Of a DNA stretch of 64,000 bases, positions 49,833-64,000 are shown piece after piece. The position numbers and the translations under genes are program-made. The stretch comes from Lingula anatina (Eukaryota; Animalia; Brachiopoda): the NCBI GenBank assembly GCA_051362555.1, contig CM120643.1:1240001-1304000 (forward strand), read 5' to 3'. Under the pieces are notes generated by a model, which was given only the letters and a program-made list of their open reading frames with translations, made no database searches and was not told the DNA's origin. The stretch's first letter is position 1, and each line of letters begins with the position of its first letter.

Positions 49833-51834
49833 CCGGTTACTCCTGTCAAACGTTTACAGCCATGTCATCACTCCAACCATTATTTATATTATTCTAAGAT
49901 TTTCAGACATCTTATCTGAACACAAATTGGGACTCAATCTTGAGGTTTTCCTTAGGTCGTCATCATTGTATCACTGGCCATTCGATTTGCACCTGTCTGA
50001 AAATAGCCACTTACAGGTATGTCCATCCAAACTAACACTGAGCCAATTGCAACGGTCAAAACAAAGACTTGCATTTTTCTTTTCTGGCACGTGCAGTATA
50101 TATCATGTGATATCTTCATAATACTTTTATTAACTTTCCTTTTCAAACCCGTGGTACGTCCACATATCTATAAACCATGTGATGTCTCCACAAGACTTGT
50201 ATTAACTTTCCAGTTCAAACCTGAAGTGCATTCATATATCTATACAATATTATATCTCCCAAAGATTTTTGTCAGACCTTTCCAGTACATTTTTTTCCAT
50301 TTTTCCTGACCTACCCCTATATACCTGTGAATTCGTAGGAATCAATCCATTTAATAAGGCAAAACCACAGTTTCACATTCATCCTCCTCAAATTTGTGCT
50401 AGAGATTTTCTTCATTTAATTTCAAAGTTCTAAACAAGAACAATGTTTTTAGGGCTGTGAAGTGTGTTGAATTAATTTACATACCAGTAGCCAAGTTCTT
50501 GTATGTCTGACAAAGCAGATAATAAGTATTCGTTTCAAATTTTAGGTCATTATTAAAGAATTGAAATACACGGTTTAAACATTTTGCAAATGTACAGTCA
50601 TCTAAACATAAGTGCACTAGATGTAGCTAGGGCGCATATTACTATATAATTCCACGTCGCTGACAGATACAGGTAAGTGGCGCTAGGAATTTCTCCTCTA
50701 CCTCCATGACAAAATATTGGACTCAGGATCTGTCACTTACAAAATGGGGAGAAACAACAGACCCTACAACCAAAACACTGAACAATTCCCAGATTTTTTT
50801 TTTCAAATCAATATATTCACTTCAATGATGACTTTAAGAGTACCCTAACTGCTACGATATCCTGAATCTGCCAGAGAACGTTGTTTTATATCTAAGTGTT
50901 CTTATCAAGTGTTAAGGTTGAAAAGTTTTATTTGTTGTTTGATAAACATGCTGTTTTTTGTTTGTCAATAGCTTTAAAAACGATTATTTACTTAATTAAT
51001 TAACCAAATTTGATCTGCTGGCTGATAAATTAAGTTAATTTTTCTGTACCTATTATTAAATGAAACTGTATTTGTTTACTAAGTTTTAATGTTATCCAAC
51101 AACACTTATTCTGATATATACCCTTATCAGACATCATTCAACAGCCGATTTGCTTGTGTTATTGTAATGCCAGATGCGTGATGAATATTAAGTATACATA
51201 GTAAAAGTTGGGATGCTGATTTAGTTTTTTTCATTGCTTGACAGTGGTCATACATGCAGTGACACTGTAACTCGGTGAAGACCGTTTGGATGTACCTGTA
51301 TATACTTTTTTAAAAGTTATTACTATATCTTTACACAAAATGGATGCTAAGGTTTTTTGGGAGCAAACATGACGAGAAAACTGTATGTTATCATTGCTGT
51401 TGATATTTGCAGATGATAAATGCACTGATAAATATACTCTAGTATTACAATCTATGTAGTAATGGCAGATCAGCCGAAGTCTCCTTTTCACGCTTTTCTC
51501 TCAATCTACAACGTTAGTAATACCTTAGGGCAGTGGGAAGATTGAGTCCTTAGTTGAATTTGATTACAACTATTAAAAGTATATTTTGAAGGCATTTTTA
51601 GCCTTCAGCAATTTCCGTAAAACTTCGGCATGTCTGACAGTTGTCATATATTGTCAATAACCAGGGGTGGATTGAGGGTTATTTTCTGACAGACTTTCAA
51701 TTTATCTTTGTTGATCCATCCTCCATTTTGACAGTCTTACGACAGACAAAATAGATACCCGTCAGTGTAAACTTGATAACCCATAAGACGGCCTCAATCC
51801 AACCCTGATAGCACTATTCAAGATAACCGGATTT

Positions 51835-51895
51835 GCTGTGCCAGTGAAAAGGCCATTGGTTGCCAAACATGGCGGAGTGGGTTCGATTCCTACTC
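51835..51895 (+). other. tRNA-derived relic (SINE head or tRNA pseudogene)
   Basis: B-box GGTTCGATTCC with a T-stem (agtggg/cctact) followed by a T run. The cloverleaf is incomplete. Confidence 0.3.
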
Positions 51896-54800
51896 TTTTT
51901 TTTTAATCATGGTGATTAATAAGACGGTATCAGCTAGTATAGTTCTTATTTTATTATGATAAAGTATACTATGATGTGATATTACATGACATCAAACATA
52001 AATTGTGTACTAGTACATATATATTACAAATGTAAACGGAGTTAACTTCATATTATTGTTGACATATGATATACTTTTGTCAATTAAATATTATTATTTC
52101 TTCTGCGGATTTATGTTGTATGGAAGTTCTGAGATTAAGAAAAGTCACACCTAATTATTTCTCGAACTAAGTATAAATCAAAATTATTTAGTCTCTTGGG
52201 GTAACCCTTGATAAAAATACTCGTGAATTTCTATCATTTGTCTGGACAAAGACTCCGATTGCCACAAGAACGATACCAATATTTTTCATTTACGTATAAT
52301 AGCACTATTGGCGCTCTTAGCTTTGGATAAAGACTGATAATAATGCGTTGACAACCACAAAGTTGTATGCTGAGACTGCATTGTGACCGAGCACCGAAAA
52401 CACAATCATTTTCCACTGACGGAGGTTGTATCTAAAAGGTGAACGTTCTTACAGGGCATACAGGACACTCAAGTTGAAATAGATGTACAGAAGAAACGTG
52501 GAGGGGAAATAGTAGAAAAGGTTGATAACCGAGCTAGGCAATAACCTATAGCAGTTGATCACCCGTTTTCTGGCAATGCATTTTCTTATTAGGACTTTTT
52601 CTGGCGGAGGCTGATGTAAAAGCAAAGAAAAAAATAAAGATACTTGCTTAGAAAGAGTGAACGTCCTTGTACGGGTCACACAGGGCACCCAAGTGGAAAT
52701 AGACGTACAGGATAGACGTGGCGAGGAAACTGTAGAACAGGCGAGACAATAACTTATAGCAGCTGGTCACGTCTTTTTTCTACAAGGGAAAATAACTGTT
52801 CTTTTAAAACTAAAAAAGTCTCCTGACCTGTCGGTGTCAACAAATTATGTCATCTATGTGCCGCCTGTGTTTGGAGGGTTTGATTATGTGTGTGCGACAA
52901 AAGGAGATATGATTTCCACTGTAGGCGGACGTTTATTTACGTATCATTTCGGGATAACCGTTGATTAAAATGCTCGCATAACGGTACAATGTATGTTACG
53001 GATGCATAACACTATAACTGTATTTCAAGCCGATAGAGGTCGACATATGGATATCCCTCTCTAAATGTGTAAATAGCCTCAATTCTGGGACTTGTTCCCA
53101 GTATGGACGCAGGGGGCAGGGTGGGGTGACATGGACAGGACACATGGGGTATGGACGGTTACGGGTACAACTTCGTCGTTAAGATAGAGATCGATACGAT
53201 TCTGATACTTAGCCATGATGACAGGTTTATTAAATCAATAACGGCAAATTAAAGACTAAAACATCCCACGGTGCTGGCCGTTAACCCAAGTTGCCATTGA
53301 GTGACTGGGTGACGTCAAAACTTTCCAACATATAGAATACGTAAAGCTGTTGGCACTGTTTTAAGAGTCACTGAAATATAGAATAATCGAAAGCAACATT
53401 AGGGATTATCTGATGTTTTATACCATAAAAAGCCACCTTCGGGCAATGCCATACCAGTACCTGTACACATATACATCATGGCAGCTAACGTCACATTTTA
53501 TTCAGATAGACAAAAAATAACGATAAATCATGACTGCGCCGTACCAAATAGGATGACTTTGTTCAAAGAAGTGATACAAATATGTATTATTCACAATGCC
53601 TGTTGCCCCCCCCCCCCCCCACCCACCCTCACCCCCCGGGAGAGACAAGATATCGGATAGTTCACATCCTGAAGAATTATCAGCTTGGTTTCTAAACGAC
53701 AACCTGAACTGCCACAGATATTGAAGAAGGGGTGACAAACCCCTGGTTTACTTTATATCAGCAAGTCAAGTCTGCCTTGAGTGTTTGTTTTAGGTAAATA
53801 TTATGGCATTCGTAATGGAGGCCCCTTTTTTTCTCCGTCCAAGAAACAAATCACAGTCTTTGTTGTTTTTTGTAGCACAATCGTGTTTCTCCTTTGTGCA
53901 TAACAAACGGGATAGTCTTTATATCCTAAAACACCATACAAAGACACTCAGTAGCTTGCACAAGACTGCATATTTACTGTATATTACTGTATACTTGATT
54001 TTATTTTTGACACAGTTATCCATGTCTTCTTTTTTTCACATTGGGCGCCCTAGTGTAGAAAGTATTGATTACCCCTACCCGTTTAATACTTTCTACACTG
54101 AACTGTTTTGTGGTGTCAATTTAACAGCAGCTTTATTGTTGTGTCGTACAAGGGAAAACGTATCGGTATGTAATTTCTCAATTTGGGTCAGGTAAAGGGG
54201 TAAATATGTCCAATTTTTCAGAAAGACACCCCTCGTTAAAAATTGGTAGCTTGATTCGGGAAATATCTATTTAAGATAATGCTAACTCGATGCAACTTGT
54301 CATATTTGTCCTGTTGTGGCGCATTTTCTCTCTGTTTAACACTGTTGCACTATTTCATTCGTTGATCTGCATGTATACTTTTCCGAGAATACTTGATAAC
54401 TTTGTGAAGCGTCACGATTCACAGAGGACAAGCCGACTTGTACAATGTATCTGTTTGCTATAGGACCCGCCCTCTACATAGCCTCGTTGAGCTACGTAAA
54501 CCCCGCGACCACCCTGGATTGCATACGTTGATGTCCAATAATCATGACAGCGATTAATAATTAACAATAATAAATGATATATTAAAAACAAATCATCTCA
54601 TTGTCTTCTTGGTAGCATGTAATGCCACGTACGGCTAACACACCCCTACCTCTTTCCTATCCTCTAGCAGGGCGACAGGTTGATTTTTTTCACAGTTATT
54701 CACAGATATGTCTCTAAATAAATAGACAGTCATTTTGGTCTGGGTCTGGATTTTTCCCTTTTCCCCTATATCATCTGTTACCCTGGTAGAGGACACCTCT

Positions 54801-55149
54801 TTCCTCTTACTATTTGATATTAATTTAGACCTTGCCCCTTCAACGCGATAACCCGGTCCTGATATAACTGGTCGCACACCGAGCTGGTGAGATTACAGAA
54901 AACTGACTTCGAGGACATATCATCATGAAGCTGTCCCTTGTAGCATGTGCTTTACTTTTGTCCGGGTAAGTATCCGAATTATTTCTTATTGGTGTCTTGT
55001 CGTTTATTAGACCTTCCCAAAATCACAATTATTCCTTTTAATTAGTTTATTTAACTCTATGATATTTAATTTATTTTAATATTTCAGTGATATCAAAAGT
55101 AAAAAAAAAATTTCATTTGATAAAAAATGAGCAGATGCGGTGTGTTCTT

Positions 55150-55185
<36 letters not shown>

Positions 55186-58100
55186 GGTTCTCTCTCCCTT
55201 TTTCTTGGTTCTCCTAAAACAATCTCTCCGGACTTCAACCATCTCTTTCCTGGGAGGTTAGAATTATTGAATATTTGTTAAATCCTGAGACATTTTTAGC
55301 ATCGCTCAATGATAAAATATTTGTTGCTGTAGCTTGTGTTGACTGGTGTTCTCGTGGAGGTTGATGTAGGTCAGTATATTTCAGTGTCATCCAAGGCAAG
55401 CGTGAGGATAGAGGCTGACACTAGTTCAGTGAGGTACTTCTCCAGTGCAGTACCCAAGGAAGGGATAACCATCACGGTGAGTGGAAAACTGCTCAGATTT
55501 TAACACATACTCCAAGCTTTTGACCGGCGATATTTGTATTAGAGAGTTTCTTAGATGGTCTCTTCTCTAAAAATGTCGGGTAAAACTGAATATAGACTGC
55601 ATTTTATTACTGTTAAAACTTCTTTTAATTCTATCCATTGTTTGACATGAGGACGGCGGGGTCAAAACAATACGATACCAGTTGTTGAAAGCAAATCAGT
55701 CTTCGTTTAAGGACGGACGAGAAGCCGACTCTCCCCCTTTGCCGCTGAAGGGCCCCGAATTTTTTTTGCATTTTAAATAGCAAAACGGTGCCATTTGGTA
55801 CGGTTTAGAATCACGATTCAGTTACCAAAAATTCTAATTTCAAGAAGGGACCATTGGTGGGATTTTTTTCAGAAACACTTTTTCCATTTTCTTATTATGA
55901 GGTCAACATGTAGCTTAACTTATTAACTGTACTAAATCTTCTAACAAAGGATTACTCCAAAAAATATCTATGACAGTTAAAAATTAAACAATTACTGCAA
56001 TCATCGTATAATTTTAACCTTTTTTCGGCCACAGATGTAATTATTATTTATGTGTTAATATTTAAACAAGATATCTATCAATCATTGCAGGCCAATTTAC
56101 TAAGAACCCATCGAGGCGGAAATTATCTGAAGAACCTTTTTGTCTTAGCTCTTGATGTCTTTACAAATAAACTTCAAATATTATTGCTTATTCATAGTTA
56201 ATGACAGTCCCCAATAATGTGATAAACCGTCCGTAATTAAAGTTCACAACACTCTAGATAAGAACGCGCCACCTGAACTTAGTACGACCACAGGCACCCA
56301 AGGACTAGAATAACAACTGCAATGCATTTTTTTCTCCAAATTTAAAGACAGACATGAAACAACTTTCCATTTATTCATTTGTTCATAGTCACATTGCATT
56401 TTAGTAAAAATAAAGAATAAAATAAGGATCTTTAGAACTGAAACATTATCATAATTAAGCTATACAAATATGCGCATCGTAACCACGTGACAATGCGCAT
56501 GACGTGTAGTTATTTGGTTAAAGGGAGGAGAAGACGTGACTGTTCATCAGTGCATAAATTTCAAGTTATTTAACAGGAAAATTTCAATTTAAAAGGAACG
56601 TATATGCACAGGTACAAAGGACATTGTTTTTGTTTTTTTTTTTTTTTTTTTTTTTTTTTCTGTATATCTGTTATAATACTATGTCAGCGTTGAGTGTGAC
56701 AACTTAGACAATATGACAGAAAATATATTTGACACAACAATAACGCGGACTTCGAGGTACGCTTCATGAGATTTACTCGCCATCCTTGGAAAATAAGCAA
56801 TTTTCTCGTACTCACACGTGTACTCGACCTTTGATGACATTTATGAAGACTGATTTTAGATGGAAATGACTGGCAAGTCATTTTAACACCGACTCTTTTC
56901 CTAGAAGCTCCAATGGGAATATCAACGTCGGGTACGCCCCAGAAAAAAAGGGGTTTAATATATTTCAAGGGATATGTAAGTTTTTTTAAAAAGCTGTGGG
57001 TGACAAAAATGAGCGTTTTGGGGATTGTTAAACCCTGGAATGTGCTTTTAAGTTGTCGCACTTTGATCAGGGAAGGAGAGACGATCGACTTTAACAGCAT
57101 CTATAATTTCCTTTCTTTTTAAAAAGTGCATACCAGTTTGTGTAATTCGAATTGTAATGAAATGCTTAGAATTGCATTTACTTCTAACAAAATATTATTA
57201 TAGCGGTTAGTGATATAACTAGGACTGATGAGATGACAAAGAACACGTTTCACGCAACAGTAGCAGTCGTAATATGTCGTACTTTGATCTGGCGGAGGAG
57301 AGAAGACCATGACATTAAGTCGGGTCTATATAGGTTTAAAATGTCCAATGTGAACAGAAAGCATTTGATGTATACGTAGATAAGGCATATTTTGGCGTCG
57401 ACTTCCTCTTTCACTTCAAGACTGTTTTGACGCGCACTGGTAGTGTTGTGCGATGATTCTTAATAAGTGGTTATTCCCAATGAAATTATCGATCCAACCC
57501 CACGGAGACCCTTGCTGAATGCATTCAGATCACCAGATAAACACCTCATCCTCTTATTCCCAACGTACTTGTTAACTTAACGGCTTTTCTGTATTTGTAT
57601 TCAAAGACAATACAATTGCGAATGAGCCCGAAGAGTACTGGTGTAACAAAAATGAGGATCCGTGTAGCAGAGAGTCCGCCCTGCATTTAGTTTTATGGTT
57701 AGGGTTAGCCTGACCTAAGTGGGTCAATATCTGGGACAAGGCTTACCTTCACATGTACAAAAGAATAGGAAGCGGACTCTCTATATCATATGGGGGGTCT
57801 CTATCACGTTACACAGGTTCCCAGACGGTATAGCACTTGTCCTATTCCCTCTATATCAAATATGGAATTGTTTAGCCCTACAAGATGAAACAATTTCAGC
57901 TGCCCCTTAGCCTTTTGAATATCAATGGCATCTTAAAGATATTGTCACCATTTGCCAAACCTCCTTATTTACTGCCTTGCTCAGTTCAGTGACTAAATAA
58001 ATTAACTTTTACACATATGTCATCTTACGGGTTACGTCATACTTGTAATTTGGGAAATTTGAAAAAAAAATCGGTTTCTCAAAGGATGAGTGCCGATAAG

Positions 58101-58699
58101 AGGGTTAAAGTGCCCACCTTTGTACATGAAAAATAAATTTTGAATGAATGGGAAAAATACATGCCAAATTAAAGTTGGGGTCTTGGTGCCATCAGAAAAA
58201 AAGGAAAATATGGATAAGAAATAGAGTCTAAATACAGTATATATCATTTGATTTCTTATTTATTAGGATTAGGAAAGATTAAATGTAAAACGTGCTTCAG
58301 ATATTCAAAGTTATATTAATTATCATAATAGCAGATGTACATTGTGGTGGTTCCTATGTTATATAGAGACCCATGCTGTAATAGACCTCTACACATAAGG
58401 GTGCCTTGACCCAAACCCCTTTAATGGGCATGGAAGTACATTTTGTACAACCAAATTGTCGCGTCTATGTTGCATAAAAAGTAAAATAAAAGGCTCTATC
58501 ACACACACCCTAGTTTTGTTACTTATGGCCTAATCTTCCACACCAGCACTATTCACAATAGCTTTGTACAGTTTTTTTTTTTTTTCTTTTTCTTTTCATT
58601 TAAATGCTATGAATGGCTTCATTTGTCAATCAGATCAGTGGAAACCTATTGACTTGGTAAATAGTCCAAACAAGAGACCATCTGCATATTATAATTACC

Positions 58700-58970
58700 A
58701 GAAGTTAACCAGATAAAGTAAGCTAGCCAAAATACTGATGAGTACTGCTAGATGGCCAGTTTGAAATCAGTGTATGCAATGATGCACCTGATTTAATCAG
58801 AGCCAAAATAGTTTATCTAGCCACCAGAACACATTATGGATTCAGCGATCCCACAGCAAAACTAGACCCATCAGTGTCTGGTACTGTCAGTGTAAAGCAG
58901 GTTCCAAGACAGTTGGAAGTTGTGCACATATCACTTCAGTCCTGTGGTATATGGGGTTTGCTATGAGGCA
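58700..58970 (+). mobile_element. Decayed transposase C-terminal fragment with SWIM zinc finger (PIF/Harbinger-ISL2EU-like group)
   Basis: Manual translation gives DGQFEISVCNDAPDLIRAKI, then after a frameshift LWIQ...ISVWYCQCKAGSKTVGSCAHITSVLWYMGFA (CxC...CxH SWIM pattern). Family assignment is from recall. Confidence 0.6.
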
Positions 58971-59409
58971 GGGATACAATCGAAAATTATGTTGTGGAAA
59001 AGGCTGTTTGGTAGCCTCACCTTTACCAACATCAAGTGGTGACAGTATCAGTGAGGCAGAAAGTGTTTCTTACACTACATCTGATTAATTATCTATTGTT
59101 TCTTATACATTTTTATTCTCATATTTGTTTATTTTGTATAAAATAACTCTTGTATAGCATTCCATACAAGGTCTTTATCACATACATAATCATATATATA
59201 GTACTTTTTAGGTGGCTAAATTTCATTGTCATACAGATTATTGGCCATAATTGATATAATATGTACTATATTTTCATTTAGTTTTTACTTTTACCTTATC
59301 ATTATTTTGGTTCAACTTATTCCTTGTTAATGGTTAATGGATGGAAACATTTCAAATAGCTGTTTAGAGTAGTTTTACACATGATTTTATGATTTTTTTT
59401 TTTTAGTTA

Positions 59410-60020
59410 GAATTTCACAGGAATCACTTACTAAGACAAAGCCACATTTTCACATTCATCCTCAACTGTGCTGGAGAATTTTTTTTTTTTTTTTTTTTTT
59501 TTTTGTCAATAGCTTTAAAACGATTAACTTAATTTATCAACCAATATTTTGGTCTGCTGGCTGGTAAATTAAGTTAATCTTTCTGTACCTATTGATAAAT
59601 GAAACTACATATTTGTTTATCAAGTTTTAATGTTATCTAACATTGCGCACTCTGATGTATACCCTTATCAGGCATAATTCCACTGCCGATTTGCTTTGTT
59701 CACTTGTATAAATGTAATATCAAATGTGTGATGAATATTAAGTATATATAGTAAAAGCTGGGATGCTGATTTATGTTTTTTCATAATTCGTCCTTACATT
59801 ATCATGAGTTACATGTGTTTATACATGTAGGGTGAGACAGTTGTCATACGTGTAGTGACATTTTAACTTTTTTTCTCCCAAACTACAACGTTACTAATAC
59901 TGTACCTTAGGGCAGTGGGAAGATTGTGTTCGTATTTTGAATTTCATTATAACTGTTAAAAGTATATTTTGAAGTTATTTTCTAGCATTAAACAATTTCT
60001 GTAGAGCTTTGTCATGTGTG
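59410..60020 (+). repeat. Partial duplicate of the paralog 3 downstream flank (about 50335-51640)
   Basis: Shared collinear blocks: cacattcatcctc; tttgtcaatagctttaaaa; tgatgaatattaagtata; ccttagggcagtgggaagattg. Confidence 0.75.
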
Positions 60021-60026
60021 AGAAGT

Positions 60027-60029
<3 letters not shown>

Positions 60030-60093
<64 letters not shown>
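60030..60093. repeat. (TA)n microsatellite
   Basis: Pure AT dinucleotide run. Confidence 0.95.
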
Positions 60094-60097
<4 letters not shown>

Positions 60098-61199
60098 CCA
60101 CATTGTGTAAACTGTTTCCTAGATGTTTACGTGTTGTTGACCCGCAACAGAGCACAATTTTCCACCTGTCTTATGGCGGCTCTCACCTATTTATAAATAT
60201 ATTTCAAATAATCCTTGATTACATACAGGTGATAGCTACCTTCAGTGAATTCATGGTTGATGTACCGACCTCATTTTAGGCTCACATAATATTAAAGATA
60301 AGAGCAGGTAAACTAAATTTACAGAGGTCACTGATAAATGACTAGGGTCATGTATGTCAGTGTGTGCTATCTGTGTAGACTGATCGAGTTAACATGTTAT
60401 CAGAGAAGAAATGGAGGTTAGATTTTGTATTTTAAGCATCGGCTAATCTGGCGATATTCAGTTCAATCGAGAAACAATTTTATGTAATTGTGAAACTAAG
60501 CTGTTAAAAAGTAAAAAAAGAAGTACGTATATGTACGGTTGCAAAACTCAATCAACAGAAGAGCGAGTCTGATGAACGGTGATTAAAACCGTGTTTAATA
60601 ATCATTCGTCATTTTGCAGTAATCGATATCTCAATAGAGAGAAATAGAAAACACGACGTTCTTGTTGCCTGGCAATAGCTAGGTTAGTCCAGTGTGACGT
60701 CACCGACGTATTCAAAGGACCAAAACCAAGCATCTCGTTCATTTCTTAATGTCAGCAACTCCTATCTATAACCCAGATATGGTTCAGTGTTGGCATTTAT
60801 TTATTTATTTATTTATTTATTTATTTCAAAATAAAAATGGTTTTGTTATAAATGCTAGTAGAAAATTTCTGACATGTACAGGGTTACTACTTAATACGGA
60901 ATATTTTTTTTTTTTCATTTTAGTGCCGATAAAAATCTTTTTGGCTTGATTCATCAAAAAAGTATGTCACTGAGTGATAAAAATATCCAGTCTTCTTTTG
61001 TGAGATACTTTGGTCAATAATATCAAATCTGACATAAGATGTCATTCCAAAGAAAAGAACACCCCCAAAAAACCATATCAAAAGTTTGGTGTCAGTATTA
61101 ATTCTAAGCTAAGATATTAAAGAAAATGATAGCCTCCGGACAGTGATATGTTACACAGTCATTACAGTAAATCATGAAAAGTCATCAATAGCTGGTATG

Positions 61200-62045
61200 A
61201 CCTCCAGTAGCCGCTTGCAGCGCCCTCATCCTACATGGCATACCCAATGGCAAGTTTTTTTAGAGTTTGGATGGAGATATCATTCCACGCAGTGATATTT
61301 GCCTTTCGCAGTTAATCAATATTTACCGGTCGATGACCATAGCTTTTAATTCTCTGAGTTACTTCCCCCCACAGATTTTCAATTGGGTTCATACCTGGGG
61401 AGTTTGCAGGCCAGGGCAGTTGCTGAACCCATTGGTTTCGAAGAAAAACGGTGATTCTGCGACCTCGATGTGGGGTTGCGCAGTCGTCTTGATACACAAA
61501 GTTGTTCCTGAAGATGACTCTTACAAATCAAAACATTGTTTGCGGTAGAATGTCTCTGTAGGAACCCTGGCTGAGGTTACCCCCTAGAAAAAACCAACTG
61601 GTTCTGGGCACCTGCATGAAATGTTCCACAAACAGAGACGTTACCACCCCCGTTAACACCCCCTGCTTGCACCCAAGGCATAGCACGAAAATTCAGACAG
61701 TACATATCAGAATCGTCAATAGGAGTGCTAACGCATGAATTTTCGTGCTACCTAGGCAATACAAAATCATCGTTTTGTGCCTCTCGTACACGTCGGCGGA
61801 CACGGATTCGACCGTCAACTCCATATCTCGTCTTATCACCGAAAACGACGTGTCCCCAGCCTATTGCAGACCTCGCTGTATATGACCTGCTGTTAACAGT
61901 GGTTTCCCAACGGGTCTTCGTGCAAAATAGCTGGCTTTCAGTAATCTCTTGCTCATGAGGGACCTTAAAACGGGCGTTTGAATTACATTCTGCCACTCTT
62001 TTCTGAGGACACTGGTTGTCTTTGTACGACCAGCACGGTGCACTC
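61200..62045 (-). mobile_element. Degenerate Tc1 transposase relic
   Basis: WGHVVFGDKTRYGVDGRIRVRRR and YQDDCATPHR...LPWPANSPGMNPIENLW match Tc1 DD34E motifs; frameshifted. Confidence 0.85.
61681..61750. mobile_element. 70-bp mini element (hAT-like) nested in the Tc1 relic
   Basis: Perfect 15-bp TIR TAGCACGAAAATTCA / TGAATTTTCGTGCTA with an 8-bp duplication ccaaggca / cctaggca (1 mismatch). Confidence 0.65.
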
Positions 62046-62479
62046 TAAGGATTAGGCAAAAAAAAAAAAATACATGCATTTTAACGTACCAGTACTGTAT
62101 CCCAGTTTCATTTAATATCCGTTCATAATTTCATTGTATATGATAATATAATAATAATAATCTTCTTATATGGCGCCTTACGTTCTACCTCAAGGCGCCT
62201 TACAATAATGAATTATGTAACTAATATCATTAAAATGACTGCAATATTTAAATCTAAAACGCTCATTGGAAACCATTTAAAATGAACACTACTAAAACAT
62301 TATTAAAATATGAAAAAACATCTAAGAGTTATAGACTAGTGAAACGACGACATCGCAGCGCATAAGGTCTTATAAATTATACAAGTTCGAATATACTGTG
62401 TACACTAAAATTAATATCAACCCTCTGTCAGTTATAAAGAGCCCATAAAGCGACCCCATTTCAATCTCACTTGGTATTA

Positions 62480-62610
62480 AAGATAAGAACGCACCAACTG
62501 CCTCTATTGAGGTCAGAGAACCTCACATGTAAATGTGCATGCACGTACAAAAGAGACATCAGCAATGCACTGACCATTTTCAAATTTTAAGACATAAAAT
62601 AAATAAAGTA
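62480..62610 (+). repeat. Dispersed short repeat family (other copies at about 56255-56350 and 63640-63760)
   Basis: Shared agataagaacgc(g/a)cca.ctg...caatgca...aaga.ataaaa. Confidence 0.55.
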
Positions 62611-64000
62611 ACGTTTGAACACAATAAATCCCACTTTCTTAAAAAAATACAAAATCTATAAATTAAATTATCGTATAAAATAAACAAATGAGGATATCAT
62701 AAACCACGTGACAGTGTGCTTGTTGCACCACTTTGAACACAGAGAGGATCAAACAGCCAACTCTGATTACCATGGCGCCATTTTATCTAGCGATTTTCAA
62801 CTGACAAGACACGCACAGGTACTGTACATATTTTCTAATTCAGCATACATTGTATCTTCAATAATTATTTGTTTGGAGGTTGTTGTAAAAGTATTATTAA
62901 CGAGACGATGATATTTTAAAGAGGGTATTCAGCACGCCATGCATACATGAAGGTCTTTGATCTGAAGAAGCTGACCCTGTAAAGGTTCCTCCCGCCTCTG
63001 TCACGTCTCCCCACACGTCGTCCTTGCAGGGACACAGTGATTAAATCTCGGCTCAAATCAAACGGTCGAGGGACGATGGTAAACGCGGCCCCAGTTGATC
63101 TGTGGAGTACCTGATATTTTAATATTAGAAAGAAAATGATATATTTTTATAGCCCTGACCCTGCTGTAACAGCCTGCGTGGTAGGCAGCGATAACACACC
63201 AAGCATTCAAGAGGGTGGCGCCATATTTGATCCGTAACTCAATTCGCCAATCAACTCGGTTATGAACAGAACCCTTGTATGTCCTTTAAATATTCCTCTT
63301 TCAGTTAGCGTTGAATTATCGACATCTGCATGTTAGTATACTCTTCATACTTCTTCACTTTGTGTTCAGCAGTTATTGGTATATTGCTTTATTACTATAG
63401 TTATGATTTTTATTATATTAATCAATAAATGTGGGTCCACGTTTTGGTAGCAATTCTCTAGGAATTTCTCAATGACTGAAAAGTACCAGAATCATACTGA
63501 AGTATGTCAATGCTTCAGTCAGGACCTGCAAAAATTGTTTTTAAATATATAATGTTTTCCCACAGTAAATAGCAACCCTTGATAAAGATATAAACAGCTT
63601 CATATAGCTGATTAACCAACCTCTTTTTCAGCTCACTTTAAAGATAAGAACGCGCCAACTGACCTTACTGTAGTCACAGGCCCTCATAAACAAGAAATCC
63701 ATCAACAATGCACTCAAACAACCGTGTAATATAGTTTCATTTCATTAAGATATAAAAATATTATTTACAGTTCATTCTATCATAAATAAAATGGTATCCG
63801 TATAAATAAATCACGGCACAATGCGCTAAACATGATACACATAAAAAGGTAGTGAGGATAAGACCGTTACTGGTCAACACTGTGCATCTCAAAACCCCTG
63901 TGACAAGAAACGTGCGTGTGTTTAACATTATTGTAGCGTTTTTCGCTTGGTTTAAATTCACAGGTACATGTAGAGTCTGTCTATCTAAAGACGCCAGTTG

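Overview
AT-rich, repeat-rich eukaryotic DNA with GT-AG introns, most consistent with an invertebrate animal genome. The window holds a head-to-tail cluster of three paralogous NLR-like genes on the + strand (about 2.3-7.3 kb, 17.2-22.1 kb and 40.4-48.5 kb). Each has two coding exons joined by a phase-1 intron. Exon A encodes a DZIP3/hRUL138-like HEPN domain with an RNxxxH RNase motif. Exon B encodes an NB-ARC/STAND NTPase, 10-14 tandem 42-aa (126-bp) TPR units and a conserved C-terminal tail. Paralog 2 is intact. Paralog 1 has a 29-nt frameshifting deletion in the HEPN exon, and paralog 3 has a 1-nt deletion in a T run. The TPR units share a nearly invariant scaffold but are hypervariable at helical-face positions, and the HEPN catalytic loop has also diverged locally. 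The spacers contain a recently homogenised duplicated block (with a minisatellite expanded in one copy), an inverted segment carrying a caspase p20 pseudo-exon, and a beta-propeller-like exon. Transposons include a Gypsy-like gag-pro, Harbinger-, Kolobok-, Ginger1- and hAT-type non-autonomous elements, Tc1 relics and a SWIM-finger transposase relic. All domain calls come from reading motifs by eye; no searches were run.
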